Assembly (NCBI GenBank): GCA_027593235.1
Contig: JAQCIU010000040.1
Span: 1-27,737, forward strand
DNA: 27,737 nt
Origin: Chloroflexota bacterium
GTDB lineage: Bacteria > Chloroflexota > Dehalococcoidia > UBA2979
Reading direction: 5' to 3'
Shown here: positions 16,037 through 25,600 of the stretch, one piece after another
Layout: each line of letters begins with the position of its first letter
How positions within the stretch are numbered: position 1 is the stretch's first letter
Notes under the pieces: model-generated
Seen by the model: the letters and a program-made list of their open reading frames with translations, nothing else
The model's database searches: none
What the model was told of the DNA's origin: nothing
Position numbers and translations under genes: made by a program

Positions 16037-16112
16037 GCCCCCATCGTCTAGTGGCCGAGGACGCCACCCTTTCAAGGTGGAAACGGGGGTTCAATTCCCC
16101 CTGGGGGCACCA
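16037..16112 (+). tRNA. tRNA-Glu(TTC)
   Basis: GCCCCCATCGTCTAGTGGCCGAGGACGCCACCCTTTCAAGGTGGAAACGGGGGTTCAATTCCCCCTGGGGGCACCA; anticodon TTC. Confidence 0.97.
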
Positions 16113-16319
16113 GCAAACACTGGATAGATCACGACGGCGCTGATCACCGACATGAGCAATTGGGGCCATGTCGAAGCCATTCACCGGTTGGAGCGACGTT
16201 GATGTCGGCGCGTCAGGGACGACCCCGAGTTGGTCTGCCGCGCCGAAGCCCTCGACCGTTGCCCGCGCGTCAGCGCCTCGGAGGCGGCGAGTTAGCCCCA
16301 ATCGGAGAGCGAGGGTCAC

Positions 16320-17489
16320 TCATCCCAGGAGGTGATCTAGCGCCTCAGCCGCCGCTTGTTGTTGGCCCGCCAGCAAGTGCCCGTACTGATCCATCGTGAA
16401 GCTTGCGGATGCGTGCCCGAGCCGTCTCGAAACGGTGAATACGTCGACGCCGGCCTTCAACCACAGGCTCGCCGCAGTGTGACGGAGGATGTGCCAGTTC
16501 ACCGTTGACGGAGCGTCGATTTCTGAGTGCTCGACAACTTCCTTGAACCCCCGATAGAAGGCCTGTCGAAACTGAGGGCTGCCCACACGGCCGGGGAAGA
16601 CGAGGTCCTGATCCTCCCAGATGGTCCCCAGTCGCAGTCGATCTTCGAGCTGCGTCGAGCGGTGGCGGCGCAGCAATCCGACCGTGCTGTCGCTGAGTTC
16701 AACCGTTCGCAGGGAGTTTCGCGTCTTCGGCGGTCGCATCGTGAACCGGCCCCGCAGCTGTGCCAGCGTCTGATGGATCTCGAACCTGCGCCGTTCGAGG
16801 TCTATCGCCTGCCACGTGGCGCCGAGCAACTCTGCCTGCCGGATCCCCGTCGCAAGTGAGAACCGAATCGGCACGTCGTACGGTGTACTGCGTGCTGCAT
16901 CGAGTAGCTGAGCGACCTCAGTCTCATCCAGCGCGCGTCGCTCCCGAACACCGGTCGTCAAGGACGGACTGGGTACCGCCATCGCCGGGTTTCGAACGAG
17001 TAACTGAGCAGCTACCGCCGCCGATAGTCCTTGCTTGACGAGCCCGAGGGCCTTCTTGACGGTCGCCGGTGCTAGGTCCTCGGAGAGTTGCTGCTTCAGC
17101 GTGAGGATGTGTTCGGTCCGAAGATCTTGGAGCCTCACCGAACCAATCGCCGGAACGACCCGTTTGGTCAAGATCGCACTGTAGTTCTCAGCTACGCGTG
17201 GCGAGACGGCCTGGTCAGCAACCCGCCGTTCGTGCCAACGTTGCAGCCACTCCGCCGTCGTTGTCCGGTTCGGGTCGACACCTCCGTGATCTCGCTCGTT
17301 CAACGAAGCGCGCAGGGCCTGGAGCGCGTCGCGCTTGCTCCCTTGGACGGTATACCGACGGCGACGTCGCTTCCCCGTAGTGGGATCCGGGCGCAGTTCG
17401 ACTGTGACTCGCCAGCGACCCGACGCGCGCTCTTCAACGGTTCCGCCACCGTAATCACGCCGAGCCATCATTGCGCCCTTCGGTGTCAT
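16320..17489 (-). CDS. Tyrosine recombinase/site-specific integrase (phage/ICE type)
   Basis: N-terminal arm-binding region (GGGTVEERASGRW). Catalytic residues R (TGIRQAE), K (PKT), HxxR (HILRH), LGH and Y (DQYGH) are all intact. Confidence 0.95.
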   Translation of the reverse strand: MTPKGAMMARRDYGGGTVEERASGRWRVTVELRPDPTTGKRRRRRYTVQGSKRDALQALRASLNERDHGGVDPNRTTTAEWLQRWHERRVADQAVSPRVAENYSAILTKRVVPAIGSVRLQDLRTEHILTLKQQLSEDLAPATVKKALGLVKQGLSAAVAAQLLVRNPAMAVPSPSLTTGVRERRALDETEVAQLLDAARSTPYDVPIRFSLATGIRQAELLGATWQAIDLERRRFEIHQTLAQLRGRFTMRPPKTRNSLRTVELSDSTVGLLRRHRSTQLEDRLRLGTIWEDQDLVFPGRVGSPQFRQAFYRGFKEVVEHSEIDAPSTVNWHILRHTAASLWLKAGVDVFTVSRRLGHASASFTMDQYGHLLAGQQQAAAEALDHLLG

Positions 17490-17914
17490 CGTTCGCGGCG
17501 GCGAGCCTCATCTTGTAGAAGTAAGGGAGTGGGGCCCATCGTCATATTCAGCGACTCCACGTCGAGCCGCTCATCTTCAGCGCCACGCCGCATCGTGCGG
17601 AACTTCACTAGGCGAAACGGGCGGCCACGCAGCCCAGCGCGTTGCTGACTGAAGAACACCCCGCCGGGAGAGTCAAGCAGGATCGCCACAGCGATCACGG
17701 CCATCAGCGGGCTGAGAACGACAAGGAGCATGACAGCGGCGACGAGGTCCAACAGGCGCTTGATGACCCGGTATCCCCGATGAGCGGTGGGCGCTGGCGT
17801 GGCCGCGCAGAACGCGGAGAGTCGGGACATATCGAACCCGGCGATGGGAGCGACGGCGTCGGGGCCGCTATCAAGGGCCGTGGAGTGATCACTCTGCAAT
17901 TCGCGATCCTCCAA
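17486..17914 (-). pseudogene. Truncated bacterial sugar transferase (WbaP/WcaJ-type phosphoglycosyltransferase fragment)
   Basis: KRLLD..., DSPGGVFFSQQRAGLRGRPFRLVKFRTM are present, but the ORF ends before the DPR.T..G..LR...DELPQ catalytic part. Confidence 0.8.
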
Positions 17915-18040
17915 GGCGTCCGGCAGTTGGCCGACAACGATCCCCGACGGGCAGAGCAGGCGGTGCGCATGAAAAACGCAGCCGGGCGCACATCACCGAA
18001 CAGAATCTAGCTGACCATAACCGATGCGTGTTGCGTTGAT

Positions 18041-18065
18041 GTTCCAAATCCCGCTGCGGGCGCCA
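18041..18065 (+). repeat. Degenerate direct repeat of the tRNA-Glu 3' end (candidate att site)
   Basis: GTTCCAAATCCCGCTGCGGGCGCCA vs GTTC-AATTCCCCCTGGGGGCACCA (16089-16112): 20 identities, 4 mismatches and 1 gap by manual alignment. Confidence 0.6.
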
Positions 18066-18118
18066 CCCACACCGTCGAGGAGCGCGCGCTGCGGGCGGGC
18101 TGCGGCATACTGCCGCGC

Positions 18119-19258
18119 ATGGCACTTCTACCGTTTCGCATCGAGTTCTCCGAGCGCGCGATCGCGGATCTGCACCGGCGCATAGATGCGACCCGTTGGC
18201 CCGAAGTCACTGTCGAGGAAGGCTGGGCGGCGGGGACCCGCGACGATGTGTTGCGCGACCTCGTCCGCTACTGGCGCAGCGACTACGACTGGTTCGCGCA
18301 GCAGGCGAAGCTGAACGCGCTGACCCACCTCCGAGGCCCAATCGAGGGCGAGGAGCTGCACTCGCTGCTGTACACGGGGCCGGGTGATGAGCAGCGGATC
18401 CCGTTGCTGTTGATCCACGGCTGGCCCGGTTCGATTGTGGAGTTCCTGGATGCCGCGGAACTGCTCGCGGCGGGGGTTGATGGCGGTCCGGGCTTTGACC
18501 TGGTGGTGCCGTCGCTGCCCGGGTTCGGCTTCTCGCAGGCGCCCAGCGCGCCGGGGATGCACCCGGGGGCGATCGCGGCGCGGTTGCACGCGTTGATGGG
18601 CGAACTGGGCTACGAGCGCTACGGCGTGCAGGGCGGCGACTGGGGCGCGATCACGGGCACGGCGCTGGCCCTGCAACAACCCGAGGCGGTGCTGGGGCTG
18701 CACCTCAACTTCGTGGGGGGCGGGCCACCACCGGCGGATGGCGAGATGAGCGAGGAGGAGCGCGCGTATCGCGAGCGCCAGCAGGCGTTCCAGGCGACGG
18801 AGACGGGCTACAGCCTGATCCAGGGGACGCGACCGCAGACGCTGGCCTACGCGCAGCAGGACTCACCGGTTGGGCTGCTGGCCTGGATCCTGGAGAAGTT
18901 CTGGGTCTGGTCCGATCACGAGGACGGGCTCTGGGAGACGTTCGATCGTGATCGGCTGCTGACCAACGTGATGCTGTACTGGCTGACCGGATCGGTGCTG
19001 TCCGCCGCGCGGATCTACTACGAGACGCGGCGGCCCGGGGTGGCGGCCTCGCTGGCCGGTCGGGTCACGGTGCCCACCGCGTACGCGCGATTCCCGGCGG
19101 AGCCGTGGGCGGCGCCGCGCGAGGTGGTGGAGCGGCGCTACCAGCTAGTGCGGATGACGGAGCCAGCGCGCGGCGGGCATTTTGCGGCACTCGAGCAGCC
19201 GGATCTGTACGCGCGGGAAGTCGCGTCGTTCTTCGCGAACCTTCCGGCGGGCGGGTAG
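18119..19258 (+). CDS. Epoxide hydrolase (microsomal EHN-type alpha/beta hydrolase)
   Basis: EHN N-terminus (YWRSDYDW), HGWPGS, PSLPGFGFS, GGDWG (nucleophile Asp), DSPVGL and GGHFAALEQP. Confidence 0.95.
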   Translation: MALLPFRIEFSERAIADLHRRIDATRWPEVTVEEGWAAGTRDDVLRDLVRYWRSDYDWFAQQAKLNALTHLRGPIEGEELHSLLYTGPGDEQRIPLLLIHGWPGSIVEFLDAAELLAAGVDGGPGFDLVVPSLPGFGFSQAPSAPGMHPGAIAARLHALMGELGYERYGVQGGDWGAITGTALALQQPEAVLGLHLNFVGGGPPPADGEMSEEERAYRERQQAFQATETGYSLIQGTRPQTLAYAQQDSPVGLLAWILEKFWVWSDHEDGLWETFDRDRLLTNVMLYWLTGSVLSAARIYYETRRPGVAASLAGRVTVPTAYARFPAEPWAAPREVVERRYQLVRMTEPARGGHFAALEQPDLYAREVASFFANLPAGG

Positions 19259-19348
19259 CACGGCGTGGCCGCTGATGGCGGCGACGATCGAGGTCAAACA
19301 CGCTGAGAATTGCGCCCCAGATCAGGCGGTCCGTACACTCCGAGTCGC

Positions 19349-19424
19349 GCCCTCGTAGCTCAGGGGATAGAGCACTGGCCTCCGGAGCCAGGTGTCGCAG
19401 GTTCGAATCCTGCCGAGGGTACCA
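19349..19424 (+). tRNA. tRNA-Arg(CCG)
   Basis: GCCCTCGTAGCTCAGGGGATAGAGCACTGGCCTCCGGAGCCAGGTGTCGCAGGTTCGAATCCTGCCGAGGGTACCA; anticodon CCG; TTGCGC-18 nt-TACACT promoter-like pair upstream. Confidence 0.97.
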
Positions 19425-19456
19425 GCGACGATTCCACTCTCCGGAGGACGCCGCTG

Positions 19457-19960
19457 ATGACGCTTCCAACGCCATACGACGAATCGATCCCCGCGCCACG
19501 CTGGCTGCTTGGCGTCGCCGCGGTCGCGGGGGTGGTGATGGTGATCGCCTCGGTGGTCGTGCTGCTTGCCGGGGAGATGCCGGCGCTGGGCCGGATTCCG
19601 CTCGCCGCGGTGCTGCTGCTGGCGGGCCTCGCGATGTTCTACGTGGTGCGGACGTTCGCGACGTTGCGCGTCCATGTGACGGCGGAGCGGCTGCAGTTCG
19701 GGTTCGGGCCGCTCGGGCGTGAGCTCGTGGCGGGCGCGATCCTCGATGCCGCGCCGGATCGCTATCCGTGGCTGCGCTACGGGGGCTGGGGCGTGCGGAT
19801 CTCCAGCGGCGGGCACCGCGCCTATTCGCAGGCCTTCCAGCGTGGCAGTGTGGTGATCCGTGCCGCGGACGACCATCGGTACCATGTATCGAGCAGACAG
19901 CCCGCCGCACTGGCCGAGGCGATCAACCGGATGGCGACTGGGGAATCGGCGAGTTCTTGA
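19457..19960 (+). CDS. Hypothetical membrane protein (2 TM helices plus a bacterial PH-like C-terminal domain), 167 aa
   Basis: GGAGGA RBS, ATG 19457, two hydrophobic helices, then YGGWGVR...VSSRQPAALAEAI. Confidence 0.75.
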   Translation: MTLPTPYDESIPAPRWLLGVAAVAGVVMVIASVVVLLAGEMPALGRIPLAAVLLLAGLAMFYVVRTFATLRVHVTAERLQFGFGPLGRELVAGAILDAAPDRYPWLRYGGWGVRISSGGHRAYSQAFQRGSVVIRAADDHRYHVSSRQPAALAEAINRMATGESASS

Positions 19961-20778
19961 GTAGCAACCGCAGACAACAGGAACGCGATCAGCGACGGCG
20001 ACAGCGCCGCGGCGAGCGACAGCGCGCACGGGTGCACAGCGGCGCTCCGGAACCGGCGGGGCACGTCGAGTTCACCGGGCCGATGGGATTCATGCAGCGC
20101 CACACGCGCGGCTTCTTCCTCGGCGGGATCATCGTGATGGTGCTGAGCCTCGGGAGTTTCTTCTTCGCGACGCAGGTCGGATCCACAGATCCGGCGGCGA
20201 ACGATCAGGCGACCGCGACGGCGACTGCCGAGAGCACTGCCGGCGCGGATCCGGACGGAACGATCGTGCGTTTCTACGCCGCTCCGCCAGAGATGACGAT
20301 CGACACCACCGCCAGCTACGAGGCGGTGATCCACCTCGATGGCGGCGACGTGCGGATCAAGCTCTTCGCGGACGAGGCGCCCGAGTACGTCAACAACTTC
20401 GTGTTCCTGGCGCAGAACCACTTCTACGACGGGCTGACCTTCCACCGGGTGATCCCGGGCTTCGTCGCTCAGGGCGGCGATCCCTCGGGTGGTGGCGCCG
20501 GCTCACCGGGCTATGCCCTGACGGAGGAGCTGAACTCACTGAAGTTCCTCCCGGGCGCGCTCTCGATGGCTAAGGACTCGGCGGGGCGGGTGAACGGCTC
20601 CCAGTTCTTCGTCACGCTGGGGCTGACGCCGCACCTCGATGGTGGCTTCACCGTCTTCGGCGAGGTGACAGAGGGGCTCGACATCCTCGAGGGCCTGACA
20701 CCGCGCGATCCGGACGAGGCGCCGGAGGCCGAAGGCGACACCATCATCGGCATCGAGATCATCGAGGGTGGGGCCTGA
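19957..20778 (+). CDS. Membrane-anchored cyclophilin-type peptidyl-prolyl isomerase
   Basis: Start TTG 19957 overlapping the upstream TGA; Arg-rich N-terminus and one TM helix; FYDGLTFHRVIPGFVAQGGDP and NGSQFF motifs. Confidence 0.9.
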   Translation: MSSNRRQQERDQRRRQRRGERQRARVHSGAPEPAGHVEFTGPMGFMQRHTRGFFLGGIIVMVLSLGSFFFATQVGSTDPAANDQATATATAESTAGADPDGTIVRFYAAPPEMTIDTTASYEAVIHLDGGDVRIKLFADEAPEYVNNFVFLAQNHFYDGLTFHRVIPGFVAQGGDPSGGGAGSPGYALTEELNSLKFLPGALSMAKDSAGRVNGSQFFVTLGLTPHLDGGFTVFGEVTEGLDILEGLTPRDPDEAPEAEGDTIIGIEIIEGGA

Positions 20779-21283
20779 GCTGCGAACGCAATACGAGGCG
20801 CCGCCAGCGATGCAGATCGAACTCGATCAGCCGCTGCGCGCGATCGTCCACACCGAACATGGCGACATCGCGATCGAATTGCTGCCCTCGATCGCACCGA
20901 TCGCGGTCAACAACTTCGTGTTCCTCGTGCGTGAGGGTTTCTACGAGGACACGACGTTCCACCGCGTGGTCGCGGGCTTCATCGCGCAGGCGGGGGATCC
21001 GGGCGGGAGCGGCCGTGGCGGGCCGGGGTACCGGTTTCCTGACGAAATTTCAGAAACGGCGATCGTTCGCGGGACGGTCGGGATGGCGAATGGCGGGCCG
21101 AATACCAACGGCTCGCAGTTCTTCATCGCGCTCCGTGATTCGCCGCAGTTGAACGGTCGCTACAGCGTCCTCGGTCGCGTGATCGAGGGCATCGAGGTCG
21201 CGGATGCGCTTGCTCCGCGTGATCCCGCGGTGGACTCCGATCCCGGCGATCACATCGATTCGATCGAGATCGTTTCGTCCTGA
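20768..21283 (+). CDS. Cyclophilin-type peptidyl-prolyl isomerase
   Basis: Motifs FYEDTTFHRVVAGFIAQAGDP and MANGGPNTNGSQFFI. Confidence 0.92.
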   Translation: MGPELRTQYEAPPAMQIELDQPLRAIVHTEHGDIAIELLPSIAPIAVNNFVFLVREGFYEDTTFHRVVAGFIAQAGDPGGSGRGGPGYRFPDEISETAIVRGTVGMANGGPNTNGSQFFIALRDSPQLNGRYSVLGRVIEGIEVADALAPRDPAVDSDPGDHIDSIEIVSS

Positions 21284-21303
21284 TCGGGAGATCCCCGCGA
21301 CTG

Positions 21304-21339
21304 CCTCAGTCGTGCACCTGAATTTGGTGCGGACTGAGG
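21304..21339. terminator. Hairpin downstream of the cyclophilins (terminator-like or regulatory)
   Basis: CCTCAGTC/GACTGAGG outer stem and GCACC/GGTGC inner stem around a TGAATTT loop; no clear U-tract. Confidence 0.4.
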
Positions 21340-21399
21340 GGCCACTCTCTCTGCTGATCGACCCCCTCTCGACCGAGAATTACAGGCGGAGGGCCATTT

Positions 21400-22437
21400 G
21401 TGACAGGTCGCCTACTCGTCACGCACGACGCCGAGGCAGATTGCTCTGACCTCGTGACCCGGCTTCACGATGCCGGCTATGAAGTCGATGTCGCGGATGG
21501 TGTAGGCCCGGCCTGCTTCATGCTCCGGCGGCACGACTATATGGCTGTCGTCGCGGACCTCCCGGGCGCGGATGCGGGCGCCCTGGCGATCCTGCGTGCG
21601 GCCGGGCGTAGCCGTCCTGCCGCGCGGGTGATTCTCACCCTTCCTGCCACCGCCGATACCCCTGAACCGGCGTTGCCGGAGTTGAGCCGGGTTGCGTTCC
21701 GCTGTGTCCGCCACCCGATTGACATCACCGCCGAGCTGGTACCGATGGTCCGCGAGGCGATCGCCGACTATCGCACCGAACGTGAGCGCCCGACGCGGAT
21801 CTCGCGGATGCGCCGCGCCAGCTCGACACGCCCGCTCGAAGACACGGTGGAGGGCGTGATTCGCGCCTTGCAGCTTGCCCTCGAGTTCCACGACCGATCC
21901 GCGGAGCGTCGGCCACGGCGGGTGATCGCGATGGCCAGCGAACTCGCACGTGCGTGCGGGATCATCGACGGCAGTCCGGAGATGGAGGACATCTACCGCG
22001 CGGCCGCGCTGTCGGACCTCGGCAAGCTCGGCGTGCCCGCGACGGTGCTGTCCAAACAGCAACCGCTCAACGACCTGGACTGGCAGGAACTCCGCCGGCA
22101 CCCGGAGCACAGTTGGCGGATTCTCAGGGAAGTCCCTGAATTACGGGGCGCTTCTGAACTGCTCTATGCCGCACGCGAGCGCTGGGATGGCAACGGCTAC
22201 CCTCGCCGCCTGGTGGGGGAACGGATCCCCGTTGGGGCCCGAATCGTCTCGGTCGCGGTGGCCTGGGACGCGATGACATCACAACGCGCCTACCGTCCGG
22301 CGCTTTCCGCGACGGCCGCGCAGGACGAGATCGCAGAAGGCAGCGGTTTGAGCTTCGATCCGGTCGTGATTGCGGCGTTTGAGCGGGTACTGCTGAGCTG
22401 GACGCCCGCGACCGGCCGCGCGGCTGACGCCGCCTAA
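21400..22437 (+). CDS. Receiver-like plus degenerate HD-GYP domain protein
   Basis: REC-like N-terminus (GYEVDVA, VVADLPG). HD-GYP fold motifs RRHPE, ERWDGNGYP, IPVGARI, DAMTSQRAYR and FDP are present, but HD is replaced by SD. Confidence 0.85.
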   Translation: MTGRLLVTHDAEADCSDLVTRLHDAGYEVDVADGVGPACFMLRRHDYMAVVADLPGADAGALAILRAAGRSRPAARVILTLPATADTPEPALPELSRVAFRCVRHPIDITAELVPMVREAIADYRTERERPTRISRMRRASSTRPLEDTVEGVIRALQLALEFHDRSAERRPRRVIAMASELARACGIIDGSPEMEDIYRAAALSDLGKLGVPATVLSKQQPLNDLDWQELRRHPEHSWRILREVPELRGASELLYAARERWDGNGYPRRLVGERIPVGARIVSVAVAWDAMTSQRAYRPALSATAAQDEIAEGSGLSFDPVVIAAFERVLLSWTPATGRAADAA

Positions 22438-22643
22438 CTTTCTGCCGCGTCGCTATCGACAGCAGCAAATCGTTCGATCATTACGAGTAAGCCAAATGAT
22501 GGGGCGAAGCATGCGAACGCGATCAGCGCGGGCAGGATCCAGCCGCCGATGAGCAGCAACAACCCGATCGCGAGGGCAAACGACATCCCCAGGATCGACA
22601 CGATCCGGACCACCAGGACATAGGGGGGGATTCCGTCAGGCAT
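22434..22643 (-). CDS. Small hypothetical membrane protein (69 aa, 2 TM helices)
   Basis: MPDGIPPYVLVVRIVSILGMSFALAIGLLLLIGGWILPALIAFACFAPSFGLLVMIERFAAVDSDAAES exactly fills the gap between the two c-di-GMP genes. Confidence 0.6.
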   Translation of the reverse strand: MPDGIPPYVLVVRIVSILGMSFALAIGLLLLIGGWILPALIAFACFAPSFGLLVMIERFAAVDSDAAES

Positions 22644-22686
22644 GTGGCGTGACCGATTTCTAGCTGCGCTGCTACTCCACGATAGC

Positions 22687-25600
22687 GTGGAACGCGATCC
22701 CGATCTGCAAGCGCGGGTCGATTCTTTCCGCGCGCCCTGGCTCGCGCGTCGGGGCTTGCTCGCACTCACGGCATTCGTGGTCCTGGGCGGCCTGATCGGT
22801 GCGCTGCCGGACTTCCTGATCTGGCCGGTGGTGCTGGTCGGTGGCGCGGCACTTTCGGAATCCGAGATCCGGGTCGGACGAGCGGCGAAGACGGTCCGGG
22901 ATTTCGACCTGCGGGTCACGGCCTTCCGCGTCTTCTTCCTGAGCCTGGTCGGTATCGGCGCCCCGCTGGTCGCCGGACCGACATGGATCATTCCGGTGGG
23001 ACTTGCCGTCCTCTTGAGCGCTAGCGCCGCGCAACTCCAGCGACAAGCGGTCGTGGTGATGCTGGCGTCCGCGATATCGAGCTACCTCGTGGGCTCCCTG
23101 CTCCTTGCGTCCGGTGTTGTCACGCCGCTTGATCCGAGCGGCCTGTCGGGAGCGATTTCGCTCGCCGGCTCATTCGTGATCGCGCTCGCGCTGTTCCCGA
23201 TCTGTGCGGGGTTCGTGTTCGTACGCGCGCGACGGGCTGCACAATCGCGCGCCGACCTGGAACGCTCCGTCGGTGAGCTGCGCCAGGCCCAGTCGCGCCT
23301 GAGCGCCTCCGAGGCCGAGGCGCAGCGGATCAGCGGCCGACTCGCCGCCGAGGTGGAGCGCAAGACCGAGGAGCTGGCGCGGCGCAACCGCGCGCTGTCG
23401 ATCGTCAACGCAATCTCCTTCGCCCTGAACGAACCGTTCGAGGATCTCACCGCGATTCGCCGCGCCGCGCGCCTGGTTGCGCGGCTGCTGGGCGTCGATT
23501 CGGTGCAGATCCGCGAACTGTTGCCAGCCGATCAGGGCGGCACCGACATCCTGGTCGGCCCCGTCCCCGACGTGGACGATCTGCCAGGCCTGCCGGCCGC
23601 CGTAATCGATGCCGCGATCGACGCGCACGAGGGCGTGACGCGTTCCGAGGATGGCGAGGACGCCGCCATCGATACGCCGGCCTACGTGATCGTGCCGATG
23701 GTCACCCAGGGCACGGTCCGTGGATCGCTCACCCTGGTTGGTGCGTCCTGCCGCGACTGGGGAGAGCAGGAGCTTCACCTGCTGACCTTGATCGTCCGCG
23801 AAATGGGAGCGGCGCTGGAGAGCGCGCGGCTCTACCGCGACGCGCTGGCACTGGCCGACCGCGAGCTGCTCGTCACCGAGGTGTCAGCGCTCCTTGGCAC
23901 CGACGCTCCGCTCCACCAGCAGCTCGATGAACTCCTCGCGAAGATTGGCGCCAGCCTCGGGCCGGTATTCGCCAGCGTGGTCAGCGTGGAAGGCGGCGCG
24001 ACCGGCCCGGAGCTTGCCCGCTGGCAGCAGGATGGCCGCCCGACGCTGACCGACGCGGAGCTGACGGCGTTGACCGCGCTCATTCCTCAGGGCGGCAAGT
24101 CGTCGTCCGCCACCCCACACCTCGCGCCCGCGGATCAGACGGGCGATCCGGTGTTGCGGGCTCGCTTCGGCGACATCGTCGTCGCGCCGATCCTCGCCGC
24201 CTCGCTCAGCGCCGTACCGGCGCCGGTCGGGTCGGACGCGGACGCCCCCTCCGACACCGGCGACACCCTTCCCGAGGCAAGCGATCGGACGAATCGCAGC
24301 CGTGCCGCCGTCCTGGTGCTGGCCGCCCCGGCCGACGCCGGCTGGGCGCCCCTGGACATCGAGGTGCTGGTCCGCGTGGCCAACGTGGTCGGACGTCGAC
24401 TGGAGGGCGAGCAGCTCGTTCAGCTCCAGCAGCGACGCTTCGATGAACTAGCCGCACTGGCCGAGATTGGCCGTGTCATCCAGAGCGGCGCCGACACTGA
24501 TCGGCTCTACTCGGACTTCGCCTCCGCGCTGTACCGACTGTTCCCGTACCAACAGGCGTACATCATCCGGGTGCGCGACGACACGCTCTCCGAGGTGATC
24601 GAGTTCTCGTCCGGCGGCCGCAGCCGCAACACGATCGCCGTCGATGGCGCAGACGCCGCCCACGGCTGGTTCAATGCGCGCTCCGCGACGACCTGGACCC
24701 GCGCCGTCGGCGGTGTGCCCAGCTTCATCGCAGCGGACGCGCAGGCCGGACTCACGCTGCCGATGCGACCGAAGGGACAACTGCTTGGCGCGGTGATCCT
24801 CGTTGCGGACGAGGCGCAATTGCTTTCCGCGCGTCTTGCGGAGCGTGCCGTCGAACAGCTCTCTTTGGCCCTCGATAGCGCCGAGTTGTACCGGCAGGCC
24901 ACCGAGCGCGCCTCCCGCATCGAGGCCCAGCGTAACCTCGCGAGCATCGTCGCCTCCGCGGTCGATCTGCGCGGTGCGTTCGACGCGTTCGCGGAGGAGA
25001 TTCGCTGGCTGATCCCGTTCGAGCGCGCAGTCATGCTGACGATCGACGAGGCCGGCGAGATCGCGGAACAGGTCGCGATCTACCCGCCCGCTCCGCACGC
25101 CGAACTGATCTCCGCCCCGCTCGCCGGTTCGGTGCTCGCGCGGGCGCTCAGCCACGGTGGTGCGGTTGCGCTGCCACGTTCCGATGAGTCGCTGGCCCGA
25201 CTGGACTGGTCGCTCGTTGGCGACGATGCCGCCGAGGTCGCCGCCGTCCCGATCGTTCACGGGCGTCAGCCCACCGCGATCTTCGCGCTCGTCAATTACG
25301 GCTTCGCCGACTACGAACAGTTCGATCTCCGCGCGCTCGAGGAAGTTGCCGGCCTGCTGGCCGTGACCATCGATCGCCTGCGCCTCTACGAGCGTGCCGA
25401 GCACGCCGCGCGCCACGACATGCTGACCGGCCTGCCGAACTATCGCTTCCTCCAGGAGCGCCTGAAAACGCTGCGGACCGAACTGGACGAGGGCCAACAC
25501 TCGGCCGTACTGGTCGTCGATATGGACGGGCTGAAGCTGTACAACGACACGCTGGGCCACGAAGCGGGCGACCGTGCGATTCAGCGCGTCGCGGAGGAGT

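Larger units (their letters stand above)
16089..18065. mobile_element. Remnant integrative element/genomic island at tRNA-Glu
   Basis: A tyrosine integrase sits next to the tRNA 3' end, with a degenerate copy of that 3' end at 18041-18065. Codon third positions look more AT-rich than in the flanks (by eye). Confidence 0.7.

Noticed and set aside
19349-19460. Second integration site at tRNA-Arg
   Set aside because: No adjacent integrase or duplicated tRNA end was seen, and the downstream genes look native.
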